Assembly (NCBI RefSeq): GCF_009914755.1
Contig: NC_060926.1
Reading direction: 5' to 3' (one strand)
DNA from: the human T2T-CHM13v2.0 reference genome, Homo sapiens
DNA length: 64,000 nt
In this document: in pieces, positions 40,121 to 55,817 of the stretch
Layout: each line of letters begins with the position of its first letter
Position numbering within the stretch: position 1 is the first letter of the stretch
Made by a program: the position numbers and the translations under genes
Notes under the pieces: generated by a model
Databases searched by the model: none
What the model saw: only the letters and a program-made list of their open reading frames with translations
What the model was told of the DNA's origin: nothing

Positions 40121-40376
40121 GAAAGAAGAAAGAAAAGAAAACAAAAGAAAAGAGAAGAGAAGAGAAGAGAAGAGAAGAGAAGAGAAGAGAAGAGAAGAAA
40201 AGAAAAAAGAAAAGAAAGAAGGAAGGAAGGAAGGAGAAAGAGAGAGAGAGGAAGGAAGGAAGGAGAGAGAGAGAGAGAAAGGAAGGGAAAGAAAAAAAAA
40301 GAAAGAAAGAAAGAAGGAAAGAAAGAAAGAAAGAAAAGAAAGAAAGGGAAAGGAAGAAAGAAAGAAAAGTAAAAGG
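40121..40376 (+). repeat. Compound polypurine microsatellite (AAGAG)9 / GGAA / GA / GAAA in the Alu tail
   Basis: ~256 bp almost purely A/G (one C); nine perfect AAGAG units at 40150-40194. Confidence 0.97.
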
Positions 40377-40868
40377 GAAAATATTTGAGAAAATTATTGC
40401 ACAAAGTTCAAAAAAAGCAAAACTTGAATTTGCTGAACAACTAGTACTACGTTGAATCAATGTGAATGAAATGATTTATAGGCATTGTAGTAGCAATTAT
40501 AGGTAATCTAGAGATTATTTAAAGTATACAGGATGATGTGTATAGGTTAGATGCAAATACTATGCCAGTTTATATATGGGACCTGATCATTCTTGGATTT
40601 TGTGTCTGTTGGAGGGCCCTGGAACCAATCCCCCATGAATACCAAGGGACTACTGTTATTTGTCCTCTTGGTTATACCTAACATGGGAAATGTGAATTGG
40701 TAACTCATTGTTTTGATTTTTATTTTTCTAATGACTAAGGTTACTGAGCATTGTGTCATATGTTTATTAGCCATTTGAATATCTTTGGAGAAACAGCTAT
40801 TCAAAATATTTGCCTATTTAAAAATTGGATAGTCATCTTTTTATTATTGAGTTTAACAGTTCTTTATA

Positions 40869-41183
<315 letters not shown>

Positions 41184-43569
41184 AACAGTTCTTTATATAT
41201 TCTGGATACAAGTGCCTGATCAAATATATAATTTGCAAATATTTTCTCACATTCTATTGGTAGTCTTTCTTGATGGTCATATTTGCAATGCAAAAGATTT
41301 TAACTTTTGGTAGTCTCACATTTTTTTTGCTTGTTCTTTTGATGATGTGACTAAGAAATCATCAACTAACTAATCTAACCCAAGGTCATGATGAATTATG
41401 CCTATGTTTTCTTCTATGTGGATTTATGGTTTTAGCCTCTATGTTTGAGATCATTGTCCATTTAGAGTTAATTTTTGCAAATGGGTGAGTTGTGTCCAAA
41501 TTTATTCTTTTGTTTGTAGATATCCAGTTGTCCCAGGGATAGTTGTTGGAAAGAATATTCTCTACACCCTTCCCCTATGCATTTAATTGTCTTGGCACCC
41601 TTCTGGAAATCAAATGACCATAAATGTGCTTAATTTCTAGAATCTCAATTATTTTCTATTGATATATATGTCTATCCTTATGCCTGTAATATACTGTGTT
41701 GATTACTGTAAGCCTTGGAGTAAGTTTAAAAACTTAGAAATGTGAGTCCTCCAACTTTGCTCTTTTCTGAGATTATTTTGTCTATTCTGGGTTCCTTGTA
41801 TATGTACATTAATTTTAAGATCAGTTTGTCTTTTTCAACAAAAGAAGCCAATTGGGCTATCAATAGGAATTGCATTGATGCTGTAGATTTGGAAAGTATT
41901 GCCATCTTATCAATATTAAGTCTTCTGATCCATGAACACAGGGTGCCTTTTCATTTATTTAGACTTTACCTTTTTCAATAATGTTTTATGATTTTTCAGT
42001 TTCAAGTCTTGTGCTTCTTTTATCAAATTTACACCTAAGTATCTTATTTTTGATGCTACTTTAAATAGAATTGTTTTCTTAATTTTATTTTCAGAATACT
42101 ATTGCAAAAATATAGAAATACAATTAATTTTTGTATATTGGTCTTGTATAGTGCAACTCTGCAAAACTCATTTATTAACTCTAACAGTTTTTTGTGGATT
42201 TCTTAGTGTTTTATGTCATCTGTAAATAGCATAGTTTTGCTTCTTCCTTTCCAATCTGGGTGCCATTTATGTATGTATGTATTTCCTAATTGCCCTGTAA
42301 ATAGAAGTACCAAAAATGTATATCCTTAACTTGTTCCTAATCTTATAGGGAAAGCATTCAGTTTTTCTCAGTTAAATATAATGTTAGCTGTGGTTTCTTC
42401 ATAGATGGCATTATTAGAGTCTGTGATAGCATTTTTAAGCCTACCTTTCTAGGAGTTACCCTGGGTCAGAGTAGCTTATTGTTCAGTCAGTTTTTGCCAG
42501 AAGTTGTGTGAAGCTTCTTCCCTGTGTTGATGGGTCTGTCTGTGACTTGGGTAGATTTGGAAATGCTTTCAAGTCAGCTCCATGTCCTGCTCTGATTGCC
42601 CCCAAATGGGTGCAACCCAGCACTTAAACACAGCCCTTCTAACCTGTGGAACTGTCTATAATCACAGGGAAGTTCACCTTGATTGTCTCTCGTTCCCACT
42701 GTTAAACTTTTGGCTGTTCTGCCATTTTGCCTTTATCAGATCTACTGCTCTTTTAATTTTTTCAACAATAATCTCCATTATTTTAGACAATGAACATACA
42801 ATGGAATTCGTCTCTCTTTTTCCCAAATGAAGTCAGTCTCTATCGGCAGAGCTGTGAAACTCTTTGCCTTTATGGCTTGCTTTTCTCCCGAAAAGAAATC
42901 CTACATCAATTTGCTAGAGCTAGGAATGGGGACCGCTTTCTGATAATGACACTCTTGCTCTGTGAGTAGGCATGGGAAGGGGTGGCAGCCCCTCCAGGCA
43001 TGGAACCTCTGCCCTACGAAAGAACTGGGGCTGTGGCAATCAGGAGCTTAGTATTCTCAGTCTGCCATGCCTGAAAGCCTGCCAGCCATCCTACAAGTCA
43101 GGGCTGGGTGAAACTAGAGAAGCCTGGTCCCCTTGGCTGTTCCTGCCTGGAAGAGAGCTTCTGCAAGGGAGAGTTGGAGAGAATGGGGAAGAGAAATGTC
43201 AGCAGTCTGCCCTTCCCACAGTGAAACTATAGCTCCAGACTAGGAGGCTGGGGAAGGGAGTACCACTGTCTCCCTGACCACACCTATGTGACAGTAGGGC
43301 TTCTGGCTTAAAGTTTCCCTAACACACAGATGGGGGATAGTAGAGGTTAATGGAGTGAATTCTGACTGAAATATCATGGACTCTTGCTGTTCTCAGGTTC
43401 ACTAGATTTTCTTGAATAAATGTTTCTTTATTTCCTGTTTTTCCTTGGGACTATTTATAGACACTTTTCATGTTTTTTTTAAATAACTTTCACAAGTTAA
43501 ATTGTTGTTTCCCTGGGAAAGGGTCCACTGGCAGTCCCGCCCCTGATTTGTGTTTTGCTATGTTTCCTT

Positions 43570-44400
43570 GAATGGAAAAGAAAGGGAAGGAGTTATAGTG
43601 TCATTCCTGTAATAGCACACAGGACTATATCACTGGAATGAAGACGTAATATCCCATGTGTGATATGGTAAAATGTTGGGGACATCTAAAATAAACAATG
43701 AACAGTTTAAGGGTTTTGAACAAAGGAGGAATAGGATGGTATCTGCTATGAATATGGCAGTTCTTGCAACTACCACAAGAATATGAATTTGATAATGATA
43801 AGATGGGCAACAAGAAAATAGATTAAGAAGCTTTCAAAACTGAATCATATGTCTTATCAGTGCTCTCATTTGCAGTTTGTCCAGGAGGGAAAGCTATGCA
43901 AATGAATCCATAAAGGCATATATTAGAATTGATGACATTTGAATGGAAAAGAGGGGTGAGGGACAAGATATAGTGGAGGAAAATTTTATTGACTTTGGCA
44001 ATGGATTGGTTGAAGAAAGGGAAGAAAAATAAAGCATCAAGGGTTACATTGAGTTCCTAAGGCAACCACCCTGTTTGTCGTTTCCAGAAACAGGGAATTC
44101 AGACAAAGGCTCTAATTTGTAGGGAAAGCTAGTGGATTTGGATGTTAGACTTAATGAAGATGAGTACCATTGCTGCTATAAAGAAGGTCTGGATTCATCA
44201 GATCTGAATTGTTAATTTGTATCTGGATTTTAGGAGAGAAGTTATTGCTAATGAAGCCGTGAGTGTAAATTAAATAGATTATATAGACATAAAAGGGTCA
44301 GGAACTCCCTGGAAGAGCTGCATATAAGGGAATAGAGGGTGACGGAGTTAGTAGAGGAAACTCCAAAGGAGTAGTCAAGGGAAAGAAATAGAGACAAGAG
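43570..44400 (-). mobile_element. L2 degenerate fragments
   Basis: aagggttttgaacaa...gactttggcaatggattgg...gtggatttggatgttagactta. Confidence 0.5.
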
Positions 44401-44989
44401 GATAGTCTCTGTTATGCTTACAATTCAACTTATTATCTGTATGTTATCCAGTCTTTAGATTATCAATGTTTCTGTAATTTTATTTTAAAATCTCAAGCCC
44501 AGTGTCAGTTTGGTACAGGAAGATATAGTCGATGGCTTCATCACTGAGTTATTTTACAGAAAAATATTTTATTCCTTTTATAAGATCCTTCTGGTGATCT
44601 ATTCTATGCCCCTAGATCAGAAATGAAATACAAAATTAATACACTGGGACACTCCTAGCCTGCCTTCCTCCTATATGTCTACATCCCAGTGCAAGTATTT
44701 AAAGCAGGGATGCCTATACCTTCACTTAAAGTTCAATGAATTCTTAATTTAAAATGAAGAAATACATTGAGCTTACTTATTAGGGTATTTGCCTAAATGA
44801 GTTATTTTACTTTGGTGCCTAAGATGTGGTCTCCATTCTACTTTCTACTGCTTTCTATTTCTGCTACCAACTTTTTTCCCCTCTCACCTTCTTTTGTTTC
44901 TTAGTCTATGGAGTCCTGCAAGTACAGCCAGCTCAGCACAGGTTACTCTCAAGGTGAGAGAGTCTTCACATTTCATACCTTCAAATGGC

Positions 44990-45535
<546 letters not shown>

Positions 45536-47787
45536 ACCTATCTTTTCCACTCACCACCAGAATCTATAATTATCAGAGCCAACATTTTCCTTATCTATTT
45601 CCATAGATCTTTACGAAAAAAATCTCAAATCATATATTCTTTCTCAGACCCAAAGTACTTGGAAGTTAAAATACAAATCTGATACAATTCTACTGAAAAG
45701 TTACTTATAATTCTACTGAAGTTACTTATAGCAACTTATTGTCAAAACCTACAGGTTCATCAAATATGAACCTAATAGAAAAATACAATCTGAGAACTAT
45801 TAACAGACATGGTAGTTTGCAAATAGGTTTGAAAAAAAAAGTGTCATCTGAAAAGCAGGCCTTTCATTAACAACATTTTTTCTTTTCCTTTCTTTTTATT
45901 TTGAAAAATAGTTCCCACTCTTTATTTTCCCTTTCCTATTGCTGATATCTTTCACTGTTTATTTAATACCAATGGAACTGGACTCTAAGTATCAATGGTT
46001 CAGCCAGTCCAACACTTGAATAAATATTATTGGGCTCCAAATGCAAAGCTGTTGGATGTAAGAGACACCAGTACATTACTCACAGTGGTATTCCATAACA
46101 GAATGATGGGCAGCATGCCATTCAATATCTCATCCCATTCCACATTACAGACAGCAATTACACAAGTATGCATGGGGCCAAAGGCCTTGGGACTTTTCCT
46201 AAGAAAGGAACATGCTTACACCAAGGGTCAGGTTTGATAGATATCCCTATTTAAAGTAAGCATGCAGCTGAAGCTTCAGCCAAAGATCCAGCTGGTAATT
46301 GTAATACTGAAAGTGGCATTGGAAAAACTTGTTAGATTTTTAAGTGGCAATAGAGCAGCCAGTTGAGAGGAAATAGTTAAGCCCATTCACAGGTTTAATC
46401 CCGGAAAATATATACTGGAATAACTGTTACTTGTTTGTGAGGAAAAATATGTCTAAAGCACTTAAAATTAGCACTGAAAGTCTGGGTCTTTGGCCCCAGT
46501 TATTTACTCAGTCGCTATGATAAACCTTTATGCATTTTTATTGGGGAGACTTGGCCACAATGCTGTTTTGCTCCTAAGATGTGCTTTGGCTTTGTGAACA
46601 AGAAGTGCACCAAGATAAACCTTGGAACATATTTAAATCCAGTTATTTAACTCGCAGTAAACAAGGTCACAAGCAGCAAACTTGGTAAAATGAAATGCTC
46701 TTTATGAAAAAAGATAATCAAATATAACCTAGTCCACAGCAAAACCGAGACCCTTCCCAGACCTTTCTTTGGGTTCAGATGGGAGAATGCATAGTTGTCT
46801 CTCTCCTCCTTGTTCATCACTATGAGCCCATTCAGATGTGGTATGGGGGAAGAGGGGAGGGAATCTGCCTCAGTGACTCCTATTACACTGTTAAACCAAT
46901 TTGTATCCTAGATGCAGATAGCTGGTGGGTTGCCCTAATTTTCAGGAATATTATAAAAGCTTTGCTATTCTACTGATCCTTCTTCTCAGTATTGCAAGGT
47001 AGCTCAACACAGCAAGTAGGACAAGTAAAATTCATTTCATTTATAAGAACACCCTTCAGGCCCCTCTCCCTTTGAAATATGAGAAAGAATTAGGCCTATT
47101 CATGCGAGTCAAGTATTTAATCAGATTGTAAAAATAATATTTACTAGTGTGCTCTTAGAGTCACTGAACATTTGGGACCCTAATTAAAAGTATGATTGTA
47201 AAGTTTTTCCCATTGGGAACTACTTACATTTGCAGACGTTTTCCAAGTATCTCTTTCCACAGGAATTTGCCTTTAATTTTTGAATTGAAACACACACACA
47301 CAAACACTGAAACCAGGAATTTAATCACAGCTGGATGGATTGTGCACAGATGTCTCACGCAAGTTAGCATAGAGCTGAAAGACAAAAATAAAACTGAGGG
47401 AGAAATCAGTGTTATCTTTTATTGACACATAGAAGGGCAGAACTGGGTGCTTTAAAGGAACACAATAACTAATAGCTAGTTGATTCATTAGCTGATTAAT
47501 TCTTATAGAGTCAGAGAATAGGAAAATAATGCTTAAATTCTCCTTCAGAAACTCTCTTGTTTTGCTTGTTTTGATATAGTTTATATTTAAAAAGGTAACA
47601 AAATTCTGAAATATAACAGGATAGACCAAATAGATCCACTTAAGGAAAAATGCACATATTTAAATAGATGACTTATCTCCTCTAATCTTTTGTGCTTCTA
47701 GTCTTTAATTCATTTTTTAAAATTCCCATTGTCATAGTCCCAGCTTATGTTAGCCGAGAAATAATCTTGTTTAAACGTGTGCACGTA

Positions 47788-48075
47788 GGCCGGACGCGGT
47801 GGCTCACGCCTGTAATTCCAGCACTTTGGGAGGCCGAGGCGCGTGGATTACGAGGTCAGGAGATGGAGACAATCCTGGCTAACACGGTGAAACCCCGTCT
47901 CTACTAAAAATACAAAAAATTAGCCAGGGGTGGCAGCGGGCACCTCCAGTCCCAGCTACTCAGGAAGCTGAGGCAGGAGAATGGCGTGAACCCGAAAGGC
48001 GGAGCTTGCAGTGAGCCAAGATCACGCCACTGCGCTCCAGCCTGGGCGGCAGAGCGAGACTCCATCTCAAAAAAA
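47788..48075 (+). mobile_element. AluY SINE
   Basis: Y diagnostics; degenerate TSD aaacgtgtgcacgta / aaaagtgtgcacaga. Confidence 0.95.
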
Positions 48076-51000
48076 AAAAGTGTGCACAGAAGTTGATTTC
48101 TTTCAGCCTGTGTGCAACATTGAAGGTGGCATTGAAATTAGAGAATATAATGAGGAGTATCTCAAATGTAAAACAAATTTTACTGCCTTTTCTCAGTGTT
48201 CACCATCCCATAGGAATTAATAAAATCAAATTCACGGTAATAATTCAGTTATCACTGTCTTTGCTAACATGGAATCTCTAGGCCTCAGCAATGTCCCTTC
48301 CAGGTGTCCTTAGTCGTCCTCAGGGAGAGGCTTTCAAGTGCTTGAAAATATGAATACTCGCCAAAGAGCAGCCGATACTCCATTTCTCAGTGCCCTCATA
48401 AAACCCAGCTGAAACTGAATAACTTTTGTAATGTTTAATGGCTTTTCCCCTTTCTGTCATATTTTACTAAATACTTCTCAAATCAGCCCTATTTGCACTC
48501 TAGTATCTTAGAATATTTGGTGAAACAGCTCCTTCAATCCTGTTGTTTTGTTTCCATGTGTATCTGAGTTTATTCTTAGAATCTACATAGGTAATCAAGG
48601 CTTAGGCTAGGTGCGGATTGCATAGGAGCTACCATACCGTGCTCAGTGTCACAAATATGATTTTGCAGCTTACTCAGTGTCTTAGTGCCTAACTCCTCCT
48701 TCTCCTGAATAGACTATATTGTTATTATCTGAGAAGATTCTCTAGCCCCTCAGCTAATAGCTTCTCTTTGGCCAACATAAGCAGTTAATCACACACACCC
48801 AGACCTGTCCCTAAATGAGTCTGAACTCAAGCTGGAACCTCTGACAAAACCATGTAATTGTCCTTATATATAAAAATTTATGTTACCAAGTAGTCACTGC
48901 ATTTTTAAAAGTAAGACATTAATACTATGTAAAAGATTTGTTTCTCTTTTGGAACCAATGGCCATCATGCCCATCACTTTCTGAATTCACACCTTCCAAA
49001 GAGGTCCAATTTGAGGGGCCCTGGAGAAAAGACGACTGTAGGAAACCATGAACAATGCTGTGTTGGCTAAAGTATCACAATGCTGCCTCGTGGAATTAGC
49101 TATAGACCACATTTAATAGAATCTTCTCTTCTTTCATCTGGGTAACATTTACCAGTCTTTCCATAGGGAGAAGAAGAAATAACAGTTGGCGTTCTGTTCT
49201 GCTGAGACACAAAAAGCAGGCACACGTTGAAGGTCAACGCTACAGTCTGTCAAGTTGTGGGATGTGTGTGAGGCAGAGCATTTGTTTCATTCCCCCCTCA
49301 TATTAAAGAAAGTATCTAATCATGTCCCTTTGAGCAAAAGGATGAAAAAAAAAACTTGGAAAGCATCAGTGTTCTTTGGATCACTTGACAGTGCATGAAT
49401 TATCAACATATATGAAATTATTCATTTATGCAAAACTGTAATTTGTATAGCCTCTTATTCAGCATGAATACTATACATGTGTGCCAAACACACACAGTCG
49501 TAACTTCATTAGAATAAGTATTCAAGGCAGGGATGTCTAACCTCTAATTTCCTTCCCTGTCGCACACACACGCACACATAAATTGCAAGAGAAAGTCCGC
49601 ATTTCCTCATGATAGCCCCCTTTGTTAAAGGCAGTAACCAAAATATAGAAAATACGCAATGTTCACTGGAGAAGATTTTTATAATTGTGTGAGCAAAGTG
49701 GAGACTCCAAAGGCAATATCTGAAGGCTACGTGATCCCTTGAAAATGACAGGAACTTCACATTCCTGAAGGAATGTTACAAGGTAGCAGCAGATGAAAGT
49801 GCAGGGAGAGAAAAAAGACATATTCATTTCACATTTAAAGCACTACCACTATAGAAAATATACAGAATCTGTCCTCTTAATTATTCCACAAATTTAGTAT
49901 TAATTAGCTAAGGGTTTTGAAAGTTTCACAGTAAGAGTGAAATAATTGTATAAATTCATTCTATAAAAAGAACCAACTTCCTGATTATTTGGATTATCTC
50001 AGTAGGAGATAAAGAAGGAGAAAGAGGAGGAGAAGAAGGAGTAGGAGAAAAGAAAGAAACAAAAACAACTAAAATGTCGCAACCTATTGGGCTAAGTAAA
50101 TACAACCAAAACAACTAACAGATGGCTTTTTCTTTATGATCAATTTTTATGTGCCCAATAGTAATATTTACATTTGTGGTTTTTTTTCCAGGGATAGTGG
50201 AATGGGAGATCAAGGGTGATGGTTACAGTAACCAACTCTGTTCATTCTTTCTGACAGAAGAAATGCCATTTCAGGAGTAGTGGTTGTGGTGGTGGTGGTG
50301 GCTAGCTTTCCAACTGTCTTTATGGGCAGGCACAAAGGAAAGGGTAGAGGCAGCCAAAACTATTCAACAGCAAAGACTCATTAGTGTCTGAATGTGGAGC
50401 CCCAGCAACACAGCCCTTTGTAGAGTGAGTAAATGCCAGGAATGCTCACTGCTTTCCTCTTACCCAAACCCTACTCCAGCTCTTAACTGCGGAAGCTTTC
50501 ATTGATTTGATTTGTTTTTAGCAAAGGAGGGAGAAGGGAGTCCCAAACAAGTTGAGCAAGAGGCTTAATCCCACACTGTTTTCCAAGAAGAAAATCTCTG
50601 ATGGACAGTCTACCTCTATAACCTCATCCTGTACATCTCTAGTCTACGGAATCCTCAGTGGACCTTCAAAGAGCTAAGCGTTAACTCTAGACATGCCTAA
50701 TGGGACTGGCTGTTCAGCCCAGTGGAGCTGTTATTTAGAATAGTGGACAATTGACAAGCCATCTGATTAAGATTTTATTATTTTTGTTATTAGTAGTGGT
50801 ATTTAAATAGAGGTAGAAAGGAAGAAATAAAAGTTGTAAAATGCTGCATGAAACCTCTTTGACTCATCATTTATATCTCCAATATCCAGATATTTTGTTA
50901 TCATCAACCAACCACTGAGCACATTGAAATGACATATCATTGTGGAAAAGAAAAAAAGATGCCAAATATCACATAAAAAGAAGAAACACTAATCCAAGTC

Positions 51001-54000
51001 TACTTACTTTATGTAGAGCTAGCTATGAAGATAATGTTTTAAATTGTTATTAGAGACTTCTGGTTTCAGCTCTGAAATGAGAGTGATCATTTCCATGCTG
51101 TATGTAAATACTACTACAAGAGAAAGTTGGATGGTTGTAGGGCAAACCAACACCCTGAAATTGGGAGAAACAAGCACATGGAGAGAATGACAGCTAAGAT
51201 CAGCTGACCAGGAGCAGAAGCAGCTGGAGCACATAAACTGGTAAGACACTTAACTGGTGATTTGGTGAATCGCTGGAGTCAGAATGTGGACTACTACTCT
51301 GAGAGTGAGAAACTCCATTTGGGCTGTAGTACTGGGGAGCTTCGCCCCTTTAAGGGCTTTAACTCCAGAAATCACACTGGGCAATCATGATAAATAGCTG
51401 AGCTCTCATGGCTTTGATAAAGGGAGATAAAAGTAATTATTGTAAAATACATCCAGAGCTTTCTCTATAACAGAGCCCTACTCTGCAGGGGAAATATTTT
51501 TGCAGATCCTTATCCCAGTTGGAGAAGGGCATTTCTTCTACTTTATCCCCCTTGAGTCCTTCTAGTCTCACCAAAGTGTGGTTGTGTGTATGGAGGGAAT
51601 AGTCAACAGAGATCAGGACTTCAAGGAGATAAATTGGGAACACTGTAGTCAGGGAAGTAGGGAAGTGGGATGGGGAGGGGCTATATCACTGAAAAACACT
51701 TGTGAAAGTCAGAGCCCAGAGACACAGGCTCACTAAAAGACTGAGGTATAATTGGAACATTATAGAACATTCCTCTCCCCCATATCTTACCCCCACATCA
51801 GCAAGGCTCCAGTATAAATATAATTACAATAGGTCACAGTTGAAAAAGTTGTAAGACCCACTTTCTGAGGAGGAATATTTAGAGAAGGCCAAAGTAAATG
51901 AGGGAGATGAGTAAAAGGAATACTCGAGGAATATGAGGCCTCTGACAACTACAGGTACAGCAAATATTAAAGACAGTCTAGCTCCTAGCCAGATTAACAT
52001 AAAACTCCACACTAAAGGTCTATTTAATCAGTAGGCCAAGAAGTAAGAAAAAGAAAAAAAACGTGAAGAAACAAAGCAACCATAAGAAACAGATTCGTAT
52101 GTTACACAGAGGTTAGAATTATTAGACAAGGAACTTGAAATAACTATGATTAGTATGTTAAGGGGTCTAACAGAAAAAGTAGACAGCATGTAAAGTACAG
52201 ATAGATAATATAAGCAGAGAAAGGAAGCTCTAAGGAAGTGCAAAAAGAAAAGGCTGGTAATAAAAAGTACTGAAACAGAAACAGAAAATGCCTTTGATGG
52301 GCTTATCAGTAGACTTGACCTGACCAATAAAATAATCAGAGAACCTGAAAATAGGACAATAAAAACTTTCCAAACTAAAATAAGAAAAGATAAAAAGAAT
52401 ATCATAACACCCAAGAGCAAGAGCTAGGAACATTTTTTCAACAGGTGTAAACTATGCATTATTGGAATACCAAAAGGAGAAGAAAGAACAATTGGAACCG
52501 GAAAAAACACTTGAAATATTTATGGTCAAGAATTTTCCAAAATTAATGACACACACCAAACCATAAATCCATGATCCAGGAAGCTCAGAGAGCCCTAGCA
52601 GGATGAATATCAAGAAAACATACCTCAGTATATTATATTCATACTGCAAAAAACCAAAAACAATTAGAAAATCTTGAAAGAAGCTGAGACGGGTGCTTGG
52701 GAAGGCATTAATTAAAGAGAATCAAGAATAACAATTACAGAAGACTTCTCATCAGAAACCATGCAAACAAGAAGTGAGAGAAGTGAAATGTTTAAAGTGT
52801 TGATGAGGAGGGAAAAAAAGCATCAATAATTGAGACAATTGATTATGAGCAGACCTGCCCTGCATGAAAAAGTTCTTTAGGCAGAAAGAAAATGATATAG
52901 TTTAGAAATTTGGTTACATGTAAGGAAAGAAATAATATCAAAGAATAAATGAAAGGAAAATACAATCTTTTATTTTTTATATTTTCATTGATCTGATAAT
53001 TTTACAGTGTTTAATGTAACAATGGTAATACATTGAGTGATCGTAGTATATGAATAAGTAAAATGAATAACAATAATGTTGCAAGGGATGAGAGAGAGAA
53101 ATCAGGAATATTATGTACTTACACTACTTATGAAGTAATATAGGGTTATCTGAAGACAAATTATTAAAAATTTGCATGGCAAAATCTAGAAAACCATCAT
53201 AATTTTTTTAAAAGCATAATTGTTATGGTAAGAGAAAAGATAATGTAGAATCATTTTCAATGCTTAATTACAACTGGAGAAGGGAGAACAATAGGAATGA
53301 AAAATAAAAAGCAAATGCCACAAATAGAAAATAACTATGAACCTAGCAGATATTTATCCAACTTTATCAATAATTACTTTATATATGATTATCTAAAGGC
53401 TTCAGTTAAAACACAGAGATTGCCAGAGTTTGTATAAGAAGGCTACTTTAAATATAACTCAGGTAGAATGAATAGAGATATGCTATGTTACTATGCTAAC
53501 AGTAATCAAAAGAAATCTGAAGTAACTATGTCTATGTTAGTTTCAGACAAAGCTGACTTTGAAACAAGGAAAATGCTTAGGAATAGAAATGATATTATCT
53601 AATGATAAAGAGACATTATATAATGACAAGGGGGCATTACGTAACTATAATGTTCAAGAATATATAATAACCCTAAACATGTATGCACCCAATAAGAGAC
53701 CACTAAAATACATGAGGCAAAAACTGATAGAACTAGACAAATGCACTATTATAGTTGCAGCCTTAATCACTCATCTGTCAGTAATTGATATATAAAGCAG
53801 GCAGAAAATCAACAATGATATAGTTGACCTGAATAGCACTGTCAACTTGATTCTCCATCCAACAGAGGCAGAATACACATTCTTCTTAAGTTCACTCAAA
53901 ACATTTGCCAAGATGACATATTGATCCATAAAACACACATTAACAAACTTAAAAGAAAGGAAGTTATAAAAAATACAATTAAAGCAGAAATCAATAATAG

Positions 54001-54490
54001 AAAGATAACTAGAAAATTTCAAAATATTTGGAAATTAAACAACACATCTAGACAACAGATGAGTCAAAGAATGTCTCAAGATAGTTTTAAAAGATTTTAA
54101 TTAATAAAAATGAAAATACAAGATATCAGAATTTTGGGGTATAGCAAAAGCAATGCTTAGGGGAAATTTATAGTTTTAAAGACTTTGGATAACTTAGATG
54201 AAGTAGATTAACTCCTTGGTCAAAATCCACACAAGGGGAAATAGATAACCTGAATAGCCTGGAAAAGGCAATAGTATAGAGATGGTAAACAGACCCATTG
54301 TTGCATTTGTCAAAACCCACAGAATTTTACAGGATGTAGTGTGAGTCTTAATGTATGCAAACAAAAAAATTCATTTAGGAGGTTGAAAGATCTCAGAATG
54401 GAATGCAGATTATGATAAATGAATCTAACTGTATTACAAAGGTTTGAGTTGGCTTCACTGGAGGAGGTAGGAGAAAATGGAGCTGACCTA

Positions 54491-54751
<261 letters not shown>

Positions 54752-55527
54752 CTATACATGTAAACTGAAATCGAACAATTAAACAAAGGGATGGTAGTTG
54801 GTGATAGCCAGATGTCTCTGTTGGAGTGAGAAGTTACAGGTAAGCAAGTGGAGGAGGCTAGAATGATCCATGTGGTAAGAATGATTTGATTTGGTGACAT
54901 GAACATGAGTTCATGTTTAGCTTCAGATAAACACACATGGTTAATAGAGGTATTTATAGATCTGTGTATATACTTGGGCTAGTATACACACATACATTCC
55001 CTTGCTCCGTCAGCTGAGATGGCCTAGAAACAATAACACTCTAGTAGCAACAAGCACGCCTAGAGCTTACATATTGATTTATAATTCCATTTTCTTATAA
55101 AAGGAAACAGAACTTCTTGAAGAAGTGGCTGAGTCTAGAACTAGGGCAGCAAATATACAATATGAGTCTGGAGCATCCTGTAGTGCCAGAAAGTAAGAAA
55201 GTTCTCAAACACACACACTCAAACACACAAACATACACAGACATGCACATGATGGGGGTATGTCAAGGAGTCACAAAGAGCCAACTGAAAGCATTCCCGC
55301 TAGCCAAAGTATTGAAGCAATTTGAACAACAAAATAGGGTAGTTATTGATTATAACCTAAAGTATAGAATAAATATCTGAAAGCCAATACTAATATAAAC
55401 AAATGGTTAAAAAGATACATATAAAAGGCAAATTTCCCATTCAGAAGAACTCCAAATAAATTTTGTAGATATTTCACTCTCACAGAGGTGGAACAGAACC
55501 ACCCACTCCTTAAAGTATGGGCTGTGC

Positions 55528-55817
55528 AGCTGGGCACGGTGGCTCACGCCTGTAATCCCAGCACTTTTGAGAGGTCAAGGTCGGGGGATTACGAGGTCAG
55601 GCATTCAAGACCAGCCTGGCCAACATGGTGAAACCTCATCTCTACTAAAAATACAAAAAAAAAAAAAAAAAAAATCAGCTGGGCATGGTGGTGGGCCCCT
55701 GTAATTCCAGCTACTTGCTTGAACCCGGGAGGCAGAGGTTGCAGTGAGCTGAGATCGTGCCATTGCACTCCAGCCTGGGTGACAGAGCGAGACTCCGACT
55801 CAAAAAAAAAAAAAAAA
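55528..55817 (+). mobile_element. AluS (Sg-like) with expanded middle A-tract and right-arm deletion
   Basis: TSD AAAGTATGGGCT(g/c)TGC; ctacttg joins directly to cttgaacc. Confidence 0.94.

Larger units (their letters stand above)
39800..40655. mobile_element. MER2-family (MER2B-like) Tigger MITE split by an Alu
   Basis: cctctgtatcc...gaaaatatttg [Alu] ...gtaatctagagattatttaaagtatacagg...ctggaaccaatccccc...accaagggactactg. Confidence 0.85.

Noticed and set aside
39988-40460. Overlapping ORFs rich in R/K/E or F/L/S
   Set aside because: Translation of the polypurine microsatellite and Alu; not coding.
52028-52420. Hydrophobic 130 aa ORF resembling a membrane protein
   Set aside because: Antisense reading of the A-rich L1 ORF1 relic.
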